Assembly (NCBI GenBank): GCA_032128375.1
Contig: JAQBGU010000115.1
Span: 1-64,000 of the forward strand
Origin: Deltaproteobacteria bacterium
Lineage (GTDB): Bacteria > Myxococcota_A > UBA9160 > SMWR01
Direction of reading: 5' to 3'
DNA length: 64,000 bases
Position 1 is the stretch's first letter, and the number at the start of each line of letters is the position of its first letter. This document shows positions 49,345-59,378 of this stretch, in pieces. A program made the position numbers and the translations under genes. The notes under the pieces were generated by a model, which was not told where the DNA came from, did not search any database, and saw only the letters and a list, made by a program, of their open reading frames with translations.

Positions 49345-49525
49345 TCCCGGTTCGTCCGGGCGGGCCGATCTATGCGACCGACGTAGACGGAGCGACGGAT
49401 TGACGCGGATCGGGTCTCGACGGCGATGATCTTGTGACCCGAGCGGCCAAGTGTCAGGTTGCTCCGAATTCTTCCGCGATTCTTTCGAGGAAGACCGTTG
49501 CCAGCGCGCTCATGGATGAGCGGAT

Positions 49526-50242
49526 CTAGAGCCGGCCCAGCCAATCCGCCATTCGCAGCCACCAGCAAATCCAGAGCGCTTCGATCGCCACGCCGAGGTG
49601 CAGCTTCGACGTGCCGCGGGTGCGATCCACGAAGAAGAAGGGGATCTCCTTGATGCGGGCCTGGTGCTTGACGAAGCGGTAGTTCATCTCGATTTGAAAC
49701 GCGTAGCCGTCGGATTTGATTCGCTCGAAGCCGACCTTTTTCAACAGCTCGCGTCGGATACAGCGAAGACCGCCGGTGGTGTCCGAAATCGGCAGCCGGG
49801 TGATGGCATGCGAGTAGAGGTTCCCGAAGTAACTGATCAGGATGCGCTCGATCGGCCAGTTCACGACTGTGATGCCGTTGAGGTAGCGAGATCCCAGCAC
49901 CACGTCGTGGGTCTCGATTTCGCGAAGCATCTCCGGGAGGATGCTCGGGGGGTGGGAGAAGTCGCAGTCCATCTGGATGATGACGTCGGCGTCCAGCTCG
50001 AGGGCGCGCGCGAGGCCCGCGCGGTAGGCCGGGCCGAGGCCCTGCTTCTGGCTGCGATGCAGCACATGCACCCGCGGCTCGTCGTCGGCGAGTTCGTCGG
50101 CGAGCTTCCCTGTGCCGTCCGGGGAGTTGTCGTCTACGACGAGAATCTCGAGCCGGTCGTCCTGAGCGAGGACTTCCGGAACCAACAGCGGGAGATTCTC
50201 CGCCTCGTTGTAGGTGGGAATGACGACGATACCGCGCTTCAT
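49526..50242 (-). CDS. Polyprenol-monophosphomannose synthase (DPM1-like GT2)
   Basis: IPTYNEAENL, VVDDNSPDGTG, QMDCDFSH, GYAFQIE and DRTRGTSK. Confidence 0.92.
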   Translation of the reverse strand: MKRGIVVIPTYNEAENLPLLVPEVLAQDDRLEILVVDDNSPDGTGKLADELADDEPRVHVLHRSQKQGLGPAYRAGLARALELDADVIIQMDCDFSHPPSILPEMLREIETHDVVLGSRYLNGITVVNWPIERILISYFGNLYSHAITRLPISDTTGGLRCIRRELLKKVGFERIKSDGYAFQIEMNYRFVKHQARIKEIPFFFVDRTRGTSKLHLGVAIEALWICWWLRMADWLGRL

Positions 50243-50283
50243 CGTTCAGACTCTAGTGTCTCGGGGCGCTCTGCGGCAGCCGC

Positions 50284-50628
50284 CTAGTCCGAGTCGTTCG
50301 TCAGGCGTCCGAGTGCATCGGAAAATCTGTCGAATGCCGCGGCAAGGCCATGCTTCGCATCGCTCCAGAAGCTCCGCCCTTCGGCGCTGACATCCTCGCC
50401 GGCTTCGCGGGTCGCATGGCCGATTTTCTTCGCGACGACCCTTGCCTCATGTCCGGCGCTCTTCGCGGTATCCCGAACCGTGTGGCCCGCTTCAACGCTC
50501 GCTTCCTGGATCGAACGGCCGGCCCTTTTCCAGGCCTTTTTCAGCTCCAGGTCGCCCCCTGCTTGGCTGGTGCCAGCGATCACAAGGACCAGCAAGCTGG
50601 TGCAGGCCGTCGAAGTCAGTCGCGCCAT
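50284..50628 (-). CDS. Small exported hypothetical protein with amphipathic repeats
   Basis: GGAGG RBS, signal peptide (SQA-G) and AGHxVR-type repeats. Confidence 0.6.
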   Translation of the reverse strand: MARLTSTACTSLLVLVIAGTSQAGGDLELKKAWKRAGRSIQEASVEAGHTVRDTAKSAGHEARVVAKKIGHATREAGEDVSAEGRSFWSDAKHGLAAAFDRFSDALGRLTNDSD

Positions 50629-50798
50629 TCGCGCCTCCCTGTGCTGTACCTCCTTCATCGGCATGCGTCCCAAATGTCTGCAGCCGCTGCTTGCCGGATG
50701 CTTGCCCCAAGGCCGAACACCCGGTGTAATGTCAAAGGCGAAAGTGCGAGCAAGCGTGCCCGCCCACGGGCCACACTTCGCGCGTCTGGAGGAACTCC

Positions 50799-51848
50799 AT
50801 GGCACCCGAGTCCCCGTACAGCTCTGTGAACCGGCGCAAGTTCATTCAATACCTGGCAATGATCGGTGGCGGCGGAAGGGCGTTATTGCGGACGGGCGAT
50901 GCGCGCGCCGCGGTCTACGCGACCCAGGGTGAAGCTGGCAAGGCCGCGTGGCCGAAGATGAGTTATCGCAAGCTCGGGCGCACGGGTTGGAATGCGAGCC
51001 GGCTGGTGATGGGCTGCGGTGCGACGCTGATGTTTCGATCGAACGACTCCTTGCTGAACGCGGCTTACGACGCCGGAGTCAATGTCTTCGACGTGGGGTA
51101 CCGAGGTTATTATCGAAACGCCGAAGAGCACCTCGCGCCTTTCATGAAGAAGGTTCGCGACAGTGTCTTCCTGATCTCGAAGGCTCCCGCCGATCTCGAG
51201 GCAGAACCGAATCAGGTCGTCACCGCATCGCAGGCGAAACAGGCGGCCGAGGTGTGGGGCCAGCGGATGGACGAGAGTCTCAGAGAGCTGCGCGTCGATC
51301 ACGTCGACGCCTACTACTTGATGGCCTCGTACAATCCCTCTCTCATCGAAAGTGATGAGGTCTACCGAGTCTTCCAAAACGCCAAGCAGGCCGGGAAGGT
51401 TTCGCATCTCGGTCTCAGCACGCATCGCAATGCGGAGCAGGTCCTTCTCGCTGCCGCCAAGACCGGCCGCTACGACCTGGCCATGATCGCGATCACACCG
51501 GGTGGTTGGTACGACTGGGAGAGCAAAGGCATCCTCGAGGGAACTCAACCGATGGTTGAGCTCCGGCCCGTGCTCGACAAGGTACGTGAGTCGGGCATGG
51601 GGCTCGTCGGCATGAAGGCAGCCCGTCACCTCGCAGGGCTTCCCTTCGTCGGCTGGTTCGACAAACCCGATGCGTTCAAAGAGTTCTACGACCAGAAATT
51701 GCTGGCGGCACCCTTGTCCACCTTCCAGCGCAGCTACGCGTTCGTGTTGGCACACGGGCTCGATGCGGTGAACGCCGACATGTCTTCGTTCGCGCACCTC
51801 GAAGAGAACGTCGCTGCGGTGGTAGGTTCGCCTTCCTACTTTGCCTGA
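50799..51848 (+). CDS. Aldo/keto reductase with twin-arginine-like leader
   Basis: NRRKFIQ leader, YRKLGRTG, GVNVFD, ESLRELRVDHVD, GKVSHLGLSTH and GMK. Confidence 0.85.
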   Translation: MAPESPYSSVNRRKFIQYLAMIGGGGRALLRTGDARAAVYATQGEAGKAAWPKMSYRKLGRTGWNASRLVMGCGATLMFRSNDSLLNAAYDAGVNVFDVGYRGYYRNAEEHLAPFMKKVRDSVFLISKAPADLEAEPNQVVTASQAKQAAEVWGQRMDESLRELRVDHVDAYYLMASYNPSLIESDEVYRVFQNAKQAGKVSHLGLSTHRNAEQVLLAAAKTGRYDLAMIAITPGGWYDWESKGILEGTQPMVELRPVLDKVRESGMGLVGMKAARHLAGLPFVGWFDKPDAFKEFYDQKLLAAPLSTFQRSYAFVLAHGLDAVNADMSSFAHLEENVAAVVGSPSYFA

Positions 51849-51866
51849 GTACCTGGGAGCTGCGAT

Positions 51867-52547
51867 ATGCTCGCTGTCATGCGCGTGCATATGCAACGCC
51901 GAGGCCAGGGCCAGCCGATCGTCTTTTGTCACGGGATGGGAACGTCGAGCGCGAGTTGGGCTGCCCAGCTCGAGGCACTCGAGGATCGCTTCAGCGTAGT
52001 CGCCTGGGATCTCCTGGGTCATGGACGATCGCCCGTTCCCGAAGATCCAGCGCTCTACTCTCGCGACGCCGCGCTGTTGGATCTCGACGATGTCATCGCC
52101 ACGCTGGACCGCAAACCGGTGTTAGTCGGCCATTCTCTCGGGGGATACCTCACGCTCGCCTACGCGGCGACGCGACCCAACACGGTTCGCGGCATGGTCG
52201 TGATGGCTACGGGTCCGGGATTTCGCGATTCTGCCAAGCGAGAGGCCTGGAACGCGCGCTCCGAGCGCAACGCGCACCGCTTCGGTGTCGAACTCCGGGT
52301 AGCGGGCCTGAACCTGCAGCACGACGGGCTGGTCATGGAACGCCTGGCCGAAATCGACGTGCCGACGCTCGCACTCGCTGGGAGTGAAGATGCCCCCGCC
52401 TACGGCGGTTCGGCCGCGTACCTGGAACGCAAGATGCCCAATTGTCGCTTCGTCGAAATCACCGGCGGCGAGCACTTGATGCACGAAAAAAGTCACGCAC
52501 CGGAAATCGCGAAGCTGATCGCCGACTTCGTCGCGACCCTCTCCTGA
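51867..52547 (+). CDS. Alpha/beta-fold hydrolase
   Basis: FCHG, DLLGHGRS, GHSLGG nucleophile elbow, GSED and GGEH. Confidence 0.9.
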   Translation: MLAVMRVHMQRRGQGQPIVFCHGMGTSSASWAAQLEALEDRFSVVAWDLLGHGRSPVPEDPALYSRDAALLDLDDVIATLDRKPVLVGHSLGGYLTLAYAATRPNTVRGMVVMATGPGFRDSAKREAWNARSERNAHRFGVELRVAGLNLQHDGLVMERLAEIDVPTLALAGSEDAPAYGGSAAYLERKMPNCRFVEITGGEHLMHEKSHAPEIAKLIADFVATLS

Positions 52548-52847
52548 GCCGACACGAGGTCGCGTGAGGGGCCGCGCCCCGGCTCGCACTTGGTCTCGAA
52601 GGAAATCGGATACAACCACCGGTGCTGCCTGAAAAGAGTGCCCATTGCTCCAAGGGGCCAGAGGCAGAATTCATGTCCAACGGCGTGGTCGAAGCCGGGT
52701 TGATGTCGACAAGCGGCTTCACGGCGATGATCCCGGGGTCTGCGTTCAACAGCGAGGCGAATGAACCCGAGATCTACGCGACGGAAAACGCGCCCGACTG
52801 GTGGCTCGAACCGACGCAGCAGAGACTGTTCTATCGGCGGCTGGGAG

Positions 52848-53216
52848 TCAGCTCATCGCCTTCAGGTAGGTTCCGAGGTCGAAGTAGTCGCGCCAACTGG
52901 CGATCTTTCCTTCGCGGATCGAGAACACGCCGGTGCAGGGAAGGTCGACCGACTTGTTACCGGCCCTGGTACGGTCGAGCCGCTCGGCGATCACGACGTC
53001 GCCTGTCTCCGCCAGGTTCAAGATCTCCCAATCTGTCTGGGTCCAGCTACCGGCAAAGCCGCGTATGAACTTCTCGACGTTTTTGCGCCCCTGAATCGGG
53101 CCGGAGGGCATGTTGTGATAGATGCCGTCCTCGGTGAAATAGGCCGCGAGCTCCGCGGGATCGAGGCGCGACCAGGCGCGACAGAAATCTTCGATCAATT
53201 GGGTGTTGCGCGACAT
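52848..53216 (-). CDS. Limonene-1,2-epoxide hydrolase-family (NTF2/SnoaL fold) protein
   Basis: YHNMP, VIAERLD and WRDYFD. GGAGGAG RBS. Confidence 0.9.
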   Translation of the reverse strand: MSRNTQLIEDFCRAWSRLDPAELAAYFTEDGIYHNMPSGPIQGRKNVEKFIRGFAGSWTQTDWEILNLAETGDVVIAERLDRTRAGNKSVDLPCTGVFSIREGKIASWRDYFDLGTYLKAMS

Positions 53217-53296
53217 ATCGGCTCCTCCAGACAGCCCATGCGGGCTTTTGTGAGCTTGGCTTTGAATCCCAGACGTTGTTCTCGACACCAGCACCC

Positions 53297-54940
53297 TTAG
53301 CGGAGCACGCAGCCCTCGTAGCCCCTCGCAGCCACCTCGTCGCATTTCGCGGTGTAAGCGGGTGAACCGCCGGCGTACGCGAGGAACGTCTGCTTCTTGT
53401 CGGGAAGGTTCAGGTTTGCGCCATTGAACCAAGAGGGGGTCTTCGAAATCAGCGTCAGCGATGCGATATCGTAGACGTGCTTTGTCCACTCGTTCTCGGC
53501 GGCCTCGGTCGCCGAGATGCGCTCGTAGTGCTTGTCGCGCATATGGCCGATCAGGTTCGTCACCCAGTCGACGTTCTGCTCGATGCAGCGCGGAATATTG
53601 CAGAAAGTCGCGGCGTTGTGGGGACCGACGAGCGTCAAAAGATTCGGGAAACCGGCAACTTGAAGGCCCAGATAGGTTCGGGGACCGTCGCTCCACTTGT
53701 CCTTGAGTTGCATGCCTGCTTCGCCGCGAATTTCGATCCGGTCGAACGCCCCTGTGATTGCGTCGAAGCCCGTCGCGTAGATGATGATATCGAACGCGTA
53801 CTCGACGTTGCGGGTCTTGATGCCCTTCGGTGTGATCCGCTCGATGGGGTTTGCGTTGATGTCGACCAGCTCGACATTGTGCTGGTTGTATACCTCGTAG
53901 TAGTGGGTCTCGAGCGGCACGCGCCGCGTGCCGAAGCCGTGATCGGAAGGCACGAGCTTCTCGGCGACCTCGGGGTCCTTGACGCGTTCGCGGATCTTCT
54001 TGCCGATGAACGCGGTGATGAGTGCGTTGGACTCTTCGTTGATGAGAATATCCGCGAAGTTCCCCATCCAGATGCCGAAGCCGGGCTCCGAGTACAACTT
54101 CTCCCAAAAGGCCTCCCGCTCCTCGGCCGGCACCTCCAGCGCGGAACGGGGGTCGGGCTGATGAATGAAGCCACCGTGTGAGGCTCTGCAGTTGTCGAAG
54201 ATCTCCGGGTAGCTCGCGTGGATCTCGCCCTGGGTCTTCTCGTCGATTGGGCTATTGTGCAGCGGGGCACAGAAATTGGGCTGCAGCTGAAAAACTGTGA
54301 GGTGGCCAGCCGTCTTGGCGACCTCCTGAATGACCTGTACGCCGGTGGCGCCCGTTCCGATCACGCCCACCCGCTTGTCGGTGAAATCGACGGGTTCATG
54401 TGGCCAGCGGGCAGTGTGACAAGCCAGGCCCTCGAAGCTGTCACGGCCCGCGATGTTCGGAAGCGTGTGGGCCGACAAAGGGCCGACCGCCGTGATGAGA
54501 AAACGCGCTCGTGCGTGGGCGCCTTTTTCGGTCGCGATCTCCCAGACATTCTCGGCTGCGTCGAACGTCGCTGCGGCGATGCGGGTGTTGAACTGGATGT
54601 CCTTGCGCAAGTCGAATTTATCTGCGACGAAATTCAAATAGCGCAAGGTCTCGGGCTGGGCCGAAAAATGCTCCGTCCAATCCCACTCTTTTAGGAGTTC
54701 GTCTGAAAAGGAGTAGCCGTAGCTGTAGCTCTCCGAATCGAAGCGCGCGCCGGGGTAGCGGTTCCAGTACCAGGTACCGCCCACATCGGTGCCGGTCTCG
54801 AACACGCGCACCGAGAGCCCGAGCGCGCGAAGCCGGTAGAGCTGGTACATCCCAGCAATGCCGGCACCGATGATGATGGCGTCGAAGCGATCGGCTGCAT
54901 TGTTGTCAGTCGCCTGGATAGCTGGTCGAGTGTTCATCAT
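53297..54940 (-). CDS. Type I Baeyer-Villiger monooxygenase
   Basis: GAGIAG, GGTWYWNRYPG, FEGLACHTARWP fingerprint, GTGATG and ATGFD. Confidence 0.95.
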   Translation of the reverse strand: MMNTRPAIQATDNNAADRFDAIIIGAGIAGMYQLYRLRALGLSVRVFETGTDVGGTWYWNRYPGARFDSESYSYGYSFSDELLKEWDWTEHFSAQPETLRYLNFVADKFDLRKDIQFNTRIAAATFDAAENVWEIATEKGAHARARFLITAVGPLSAHTLPNIAGRDSFEGLACHTARWPHEPVDFTDKRVGVIGTGATGVQVIQEVAKTAGHLTVFQLQPNFCAPLHNSPIDEKTQGEIHASYPEIFDNCRASHGGFIHQPDPRSALEVPAEEREAFWEKLYSEPGFGIWMGNFADILINEESNALITAFIGKKIRERVKDPEVAEKLVPSDHGFGTRRVPLETHYYEVYNQHNVELVDINANPIERITPKGIKTRNVEYAFDIIIYATGFDAITGAFDRIEIRGEAGMQLKDKWSDGPRTYLGLQVAGFPNLLTLVGPHNAATFCNIPRCIEQNVDWVTNLIGHMRDKHYERISATEAAENEWTKHVYDIASLTLISKTPSWFNGANLNLPDKKQTFLAYAGGSPAYTAKCDEVAARGYEGCVLR

Positions 54941-55027
54941 GTCTCTTTCCCAAGTCTGAAATGCCTCGCGTGGGTGAACCCATAGCCCGCCCCGGGGAAA
55001 CGCACCCAGGTGACGCTGTACCCGAAC

Positions 55028-56476
55028 TCAGTCCAAGGGCCGTCGAACAAGGGCCCTGAGCCACAGAGAAAAGAAAAGGACGATCAGTACAACCGGAACG
55101 AGGCTCGCGTAGTCGTTGAGACCGAGCTTTTCACCCAGGTTGAATTTGGTCATCGACCATTGCTCGTTCGTCAGATCGCTGAAGTTCCGAACCGGTGAGT
55201 CGACCATCCCGAATCGACCATCGGACAACCTGCGATACACCCTTCGAAGCGGGTTTCGCACGGTGGCCGACATGCCGGTACCGATCACGGCGATGGCGAA
55301 CATCTGAAAGCCGCTGAAGCCGCCGAGGACGTAGAGCCCTGTTTTCCAGTATCGACTGGCGCAAACCAACCCACTCAGCAAAACGAAATAGAAGGGAAGG
55401 GACGAAATCAAATAACGTGGGCCAGTCGCAGAGCCCCCGAACGGAACGCTGAACGAACTGATGAAGAGCAGCGAAGCGACGATGCTCGCGACGCAAACTG
55501 CGGTTTCGAGCCGACGACCCTTCCGATAGAGAAATATCGCCCCCGGAACAATGAACGCGAGGACCGGCATGAAGTAGAACATGCCGCGATATTTCGAGAA
55601 GAGCAGCATCCACAGGATGTTGGGGTCGACGGAGCCAAATAGAACTCCGGCACGTTCGCTTGGTACCAATATTTCATTCGTGCTGACAAGCGCGTGTGTA
55701 AAGAAGGAGCCGAAGATCAACTTGTGATAGCCGAAAAACACGACCGCGATGGGCAGCCCCCCGGCGATGAGTCGTGGCAGGTATGCTCTCAAATTCGCGT
55801 TGAGACCGTAGTAGATGCAAATGAATGCGAGCGGAATGGCGGCGGTATAGTCGAAAAGCAGCGCCATCCCCGAGCTGGCGCCAACGGCGAAATGTTTTCC
55901 GGACCCCATTTCGTTGAAATGGGCGAAGACCCACGCAAGCACGATGAAGTGCGCAGCTGTGGTCGTACCCCATATTTGGGAGTCGAATGGAAAGACCAGG
56001 GTCGAAAAGAAGCAAACCGCGGCGACGAGCAAGGTGGTGTTGGGTTGATCCGGGGACTCCTGGCGAAGCCACTTGAGAAAGAACCCCGCAGCGAGAGCCG
56101 CAAAGAAAACCGACAACCAGAGGTTGACCAGGTAGGCGTTCCAATGCGCGAGCTCGAAGCCGGCTGGATCCATCCCCAGCCACGTCTCGACATGGTAGAG
56201 CAACCAGTAGTACGGGATGCCGACCAGGACTGTTCCCGGCGCTTTGTTGGAGTAGTAGTGGCCGTTGGCCTGCGACCAATCGATCGTATTGGCCTGGCCG
56301 CCGGGTGGATCGATGAACGAGTCGATCTGGAAACTGCCGCTTTCCACGACCGCGTAGATGCCGTCCAACCGGGCGTTTTGATTCGCCGCCTGGCCGCTGT
56401 AGAAGTACCCGTGGACAACGAAAACAAAGAGAGCGAAGACCGCCTCGATACGATGACGTTTCAGGAAGGCACACAT
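55028..56476 (-). CDS. Polytopic membrane protein, GT-C-like
   Basis: About 11 TM segments, NQNAR...IDWS..NGHYYSNKAPG periplasmic loop and GPRYL. Confidence 0.7.
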   Translation of the reverse strand: MCAFLKRHRIEAVFALFVFVVHGYFYSGQAANQNARLDGIYAVVESGSFQIDSFIDPPGGQANTIDWSQANGHYYSNKAPGTVLVGIPYYWLLYHVETWLGMDPAGFELAHWNAYLVNLWLSVFFAALAAGFFLKWLRQESPDQPNTTLLVAAVCFFSTLVFPFDSQIWGTTTAAHFIVLAWVFAHFNEMGSGKHFAVGASSGMALLFDYTAAIPLAFICIYYGLNANLRAYLPRLIAGGLPIAVVFFGYHKLIFGSFFTHALVSTNEILVPSERAGVLFGSVDPNILWMLLFSKYRGMFYFMPVLAFIVPGAIFLYRKGRRLETAVCVASIVASLLFISSFSVPFGGSATGPRYLISSLPFYFVLLSGLVCASRYWKTGLYVLGGFSGFQMFAIAVIGTGMSATVRNPLRRVYRRLSDGRFGMVDSPVRNFSDLTNEQWSMTKFNLGEKLGLNDYASLVPVVLIVLFFSLWLRALVRRPLD

Positions 56477-56662
56477 CCACGATCATTGTACGTCAGAAAA
56501 TTCGGGCCGCGTTCGGTCGTCTCGTGGTTGCATACTTCGCGTCGCGTGCCTGTCACATTCCGGCGGGATTCCTCGGCGTCCTCTGTGTCGCTTCCTGTGG
56601 CACTTGCGCTCCAGTAGACTCGCGTCGTTCTCTACGGGTAGGGATTGGGAGACGACGATTCG

Positions 56663-58846
56663 ATGAAGCGGGCGGCAGCGCTCACAGCGATCGTCGGGTG
56701 GTTGCTAGTTTCCAGTTGCTCGCGCGATCGCGATTCTCATGCGGTGCAGTCATTGGACATCAAACAGCTGGCCGGATCTTCCCTGGAGGTCGACACCCAG
56801 CGTATCGATCTGCGAATCGGGGGAAATGCGGATCGTCATCTGCTTCGCGGTTGGCTGCAGCCGCTCGCGCACTTCACCTGGATGACAGGCCCGGAGAGTC
56901 ACGTTGGGTTCTACAACTATGCAGTCGGGAGGGCGATAGGCGTCCAGTTCGCGTTCGACGTTTCGGCGTTTCGAGGAACTGGCTTTCTCGATGTTCGCGC
57001 AAACGACGTCGAGGTCGGGCGGTTCGAGCTAGCCCCTGGAAACTCCCGAAAACGATCCGTGACGATCCCCGCCGATGTCACGCAATCGGGTCTCAACGTT
57101 CTGGTCTTCAGGTTCGTAGCGGCGAACACGAATCCATCCGGCGGCAGCGGTGTCAAGCCCATCGCATTGAAGAGCATCGTTTTCGATACCCAACGACACC
57201 TGGAACTCCACGAAGACGGAGCGGTGATCCAGCGCAAAGACTCCGAGTTTCGCTTGTTTGCGGAGTTGCCGAGAGAATTCGAAATCGAATCGGACTACGA
57301 AATCGAAGGCGAGTCGATTGCATCCGTTTCCGTTGGCAACGACAGCGGTGAGGTCCATCGATTCACGCTCGAACCGGCACAGCGAAAGCTCACAGAGAGC
57401 GTGTCGTTCCAGCATGCCGGCCCATTCCAGTTTGTCTTCGGGACGCGGGGCCCAGCCGCAAGTTCGATCGCCTGGAACGAGTTTCGTGTTCGCTTCGAAA
57501 CGCCTGCGCAGGACGCCGCTTCGCGAGTACAAGCAGCGAAGCCAGAGACGGATCGACGACCAGACATCTTTCTGTATGTGATTGATACTCTTCGCGCTGA
57601 TCATCTGGGTAGCTATGGCTATTCGAGGCGGACTTCTCCGAATATCGACAAGTTGGCGTCCGAGGGCGTGTTATTCGAGAACGCCTTCTCCAATTCGTCG
57701 TGGACCAGGACCTCTGCGGCATCGATTTTGACGGGCCTCTTTCCGAAACACCATCGGACGCTGGAGCGAGGCGACAAGCTTCCCGCGAATCTGATGACCC
57801 TGGCAGAGCGGCTCAAGACGGAAGGCTACAAGACGGCGGCTTTCATCAGCAACGGCAACTTGATCCCAACGTTCGGCTTCGACCAGGGGTTCGACACGTT
57901 TGAGGATTTGTCGGACAACCTCGAGGAACCAGCGCTTCTCAGCTACTTGTCGGATCACATCAATGAGAGTGTGTTCAGGTATCTCGAACGCCACGCCACG
58001 AAGGCCCCCAGGGCCCCCCTGTTCGTCATGGTCTGGACGATCGACCCTCACTTCCCATACGCACCGCGCGAGAACGTGGCAGACAAGTTCGGCATCGAGC
58101 GGTACGAACCGATCGACACATTCAACAATAAGCTGTTTCGCAGAATCCGGAAGAGGAAGGTCAAGTTGTCTCGGTCGCAGATCCAATACATGATCGCGCG
58201 ATACGACCAGGAAATTTTCTTCAACGATCTGTCATTTGGCGCATTCGTTCGCAAGCTCGAAGAAAAAGACCTCTACAGCGATGCCATGACCATCTTCACG
58301 TCTGATCATGGTGAGGAGTTTTTCGATCACGGTTTTGTGGGCCACGGCCGGACACTGTACGGCGAGCAGGTCGAAATTCCGCTGATCATCAAGGGGCCGG
58401 GATTCGGGAAGGGGGAGAGAAGCGCCCGACGGGTGCAACATATCGACATCTACCCGACCCTCATGGAGATCGTCAACTCCGAAGGACGGGACGCGGTCGA
58501 TGGAATTTCCCTTCTGTCGGATCGGGGATCGAAGCGTGACCTGTTTTTCGAGCAGGAGCTCGACGACGTCGACATCGCCGCGATGCTCGGTTCAGATCGA
58601 AAGCTCGTATTCAACAAGAATATCGAGCGACCTCTGGCAACCGAAGAGCTCCCGACCTTCGAAGTGTTTTCCCGAGATGACCGCATGGATCAGAAGAATT
58701 TGGGAGTTGCAGACTTCACGGACCAGTTGAACGTCCAGCGATTGCTCGCGTACCTGAAGCAAAGGGAACGCGGAGTCGAATCCCAGAAGGTGATCATCTC
58801 GGAGCCCCTGGATGAGAGGCTGAAGGCCCTCGGCTACGCGAGGTAG
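56663..58846 (+). CDS. Sulfatase-fold lipoprotein
   Basis: Lipobox-like LVSSC, YVIDTLRADH, SSWTRTSAASILTG, DPHFPY, SDHGEEF and terminal LKALGY. Confidence 0.88.
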   Translation: MKRAAALTAIVGWLLVSSCSRDRDSHAVQSLDIKQLAGSSLEVDTQRIDLRIGGNADRHLLRGWLQPLAHFTWMTGPESHVGFYNYAVGRAIGVQFAFDVSAFRGTGFLDVRANDVEVGRFELAPGNSRKRSVTIPADVTQSGLNVLVFRFVAANTNPSGGSGVKPIALKSIVFDTQRHLELHEDGAVIQRKDSEFRLFAELPREFEIESDYEIEGESIASVSVGNDSGEVHRFTLEPAQRKLTESVSFQHAGPFQFVFGTRGPAASSIAWNEFRVRFETPAQDAASRVQAAKPETDRRPDIFLYVIDTLRADHLGSYGYSRRTSPNIDKLASEGVLFENAFSNSSWTRTSAASILTGLFPKHHRTLERGDKLPANLMTLAERLKTEGYKTAAFISNGNLIPTFGFDQGFDTFEDLSDNLEEPALLSYLSDHINESVFRYLERHATKAPRAPLFVMVWTIDPHFPYAPRENVADKFGIERYEPIDTFNNKLFRRIRKRKVKLSRSQIQYMIARYDQEIFFNDLSFGAFVRKLEEKDLYSDAMTIFTSDHGEEFFDHGFVGHGRTLYGEQVEIPLIIKGPGFGKGERSARRVQHIDIYPTLMEIVNSEGRDAVDGISLLSDRGSKRDLFFEQELDDVDIAAMLGSDRKLVFNKNIERPLATEELPTFEVFSRDDRMDQKNLGVADFTDQLNVQRLLAYLKQRERGVESQKVIISEPLDERLKALGYAR

Positions 58847-58925
58847 CTCAGTCGGAACCCGTCACAGGCCGTGTACAGCGAATTCGAATCTCAGGATGAG
58901 GAGCCTTCGCTGTGCGACCGATCCG

Positions 58926-59378
58926 CTAGCCGCGGGAGCCCGCGAGGCGGGCCGTCAGGAGCACAGCCACCAACAGGAATGCTGCTCCGACTGGGACCAG
59001 GAATACCCCGCGTCCGGGGTCACCGTCTCGTAGCACTACACCGCCCAGCAGGAAGCCGACTGGCATCAGAATCCCAGCGCTGGTCAGACAGGCGGAAGCG
59101 GTTTGCCGAGCGGTTTCCGCAGCAGCGCAAAGCGTACCGACCGTCGCTGCAAATGTGAGGTGTACCAGGCCAATCAACACGCCGTGGACGTGAGCCAACG
59201 TCCACATCAGCCGCCGAGACTCGGAGGCATCGTTCAAGTACCAGGAGATCTTCGCCGCGTGCAGCCATTCGAGCCCGATGCCGAGCGTGAGAAAGCACAG
59301 CACAGACCACCAGCCGATTCGCAGGTGACGACGCGTGTAGTAGGCGGCCCCTGCAGAAGCCGTTTCGGAGTCGCTCAC
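58926..59378 (-). CDS. Small four-TM membrane protein with HxHG motif
   Basis: Hydrophobic segments with LEWLH and WTLAHVHG. Its GTG start overlaps the TGA of the cytochrome gene. Confidence 0.8.
   Translation of the reverse strand: MSDSETASAGAAYYTRRHLRIGWWSVLCFLTLGIGLEWLHAAKISWYLNDASESRRLMWTLAHVHGVLIGLVHLTFAATVGTLCAAAETARQTASACLTSAGILMPVGFLLGGVVLRDGDPGRGVFLVPVGAAFLLVAVLLTARLAGSRG

Noticed and set aside
52622..52860. Short plus-strand peptide (MSNGVVEAG...PDWWLEP)
   Set aside because: It runs antisense into the epoxide hydrolase gene and has no identifiable family.
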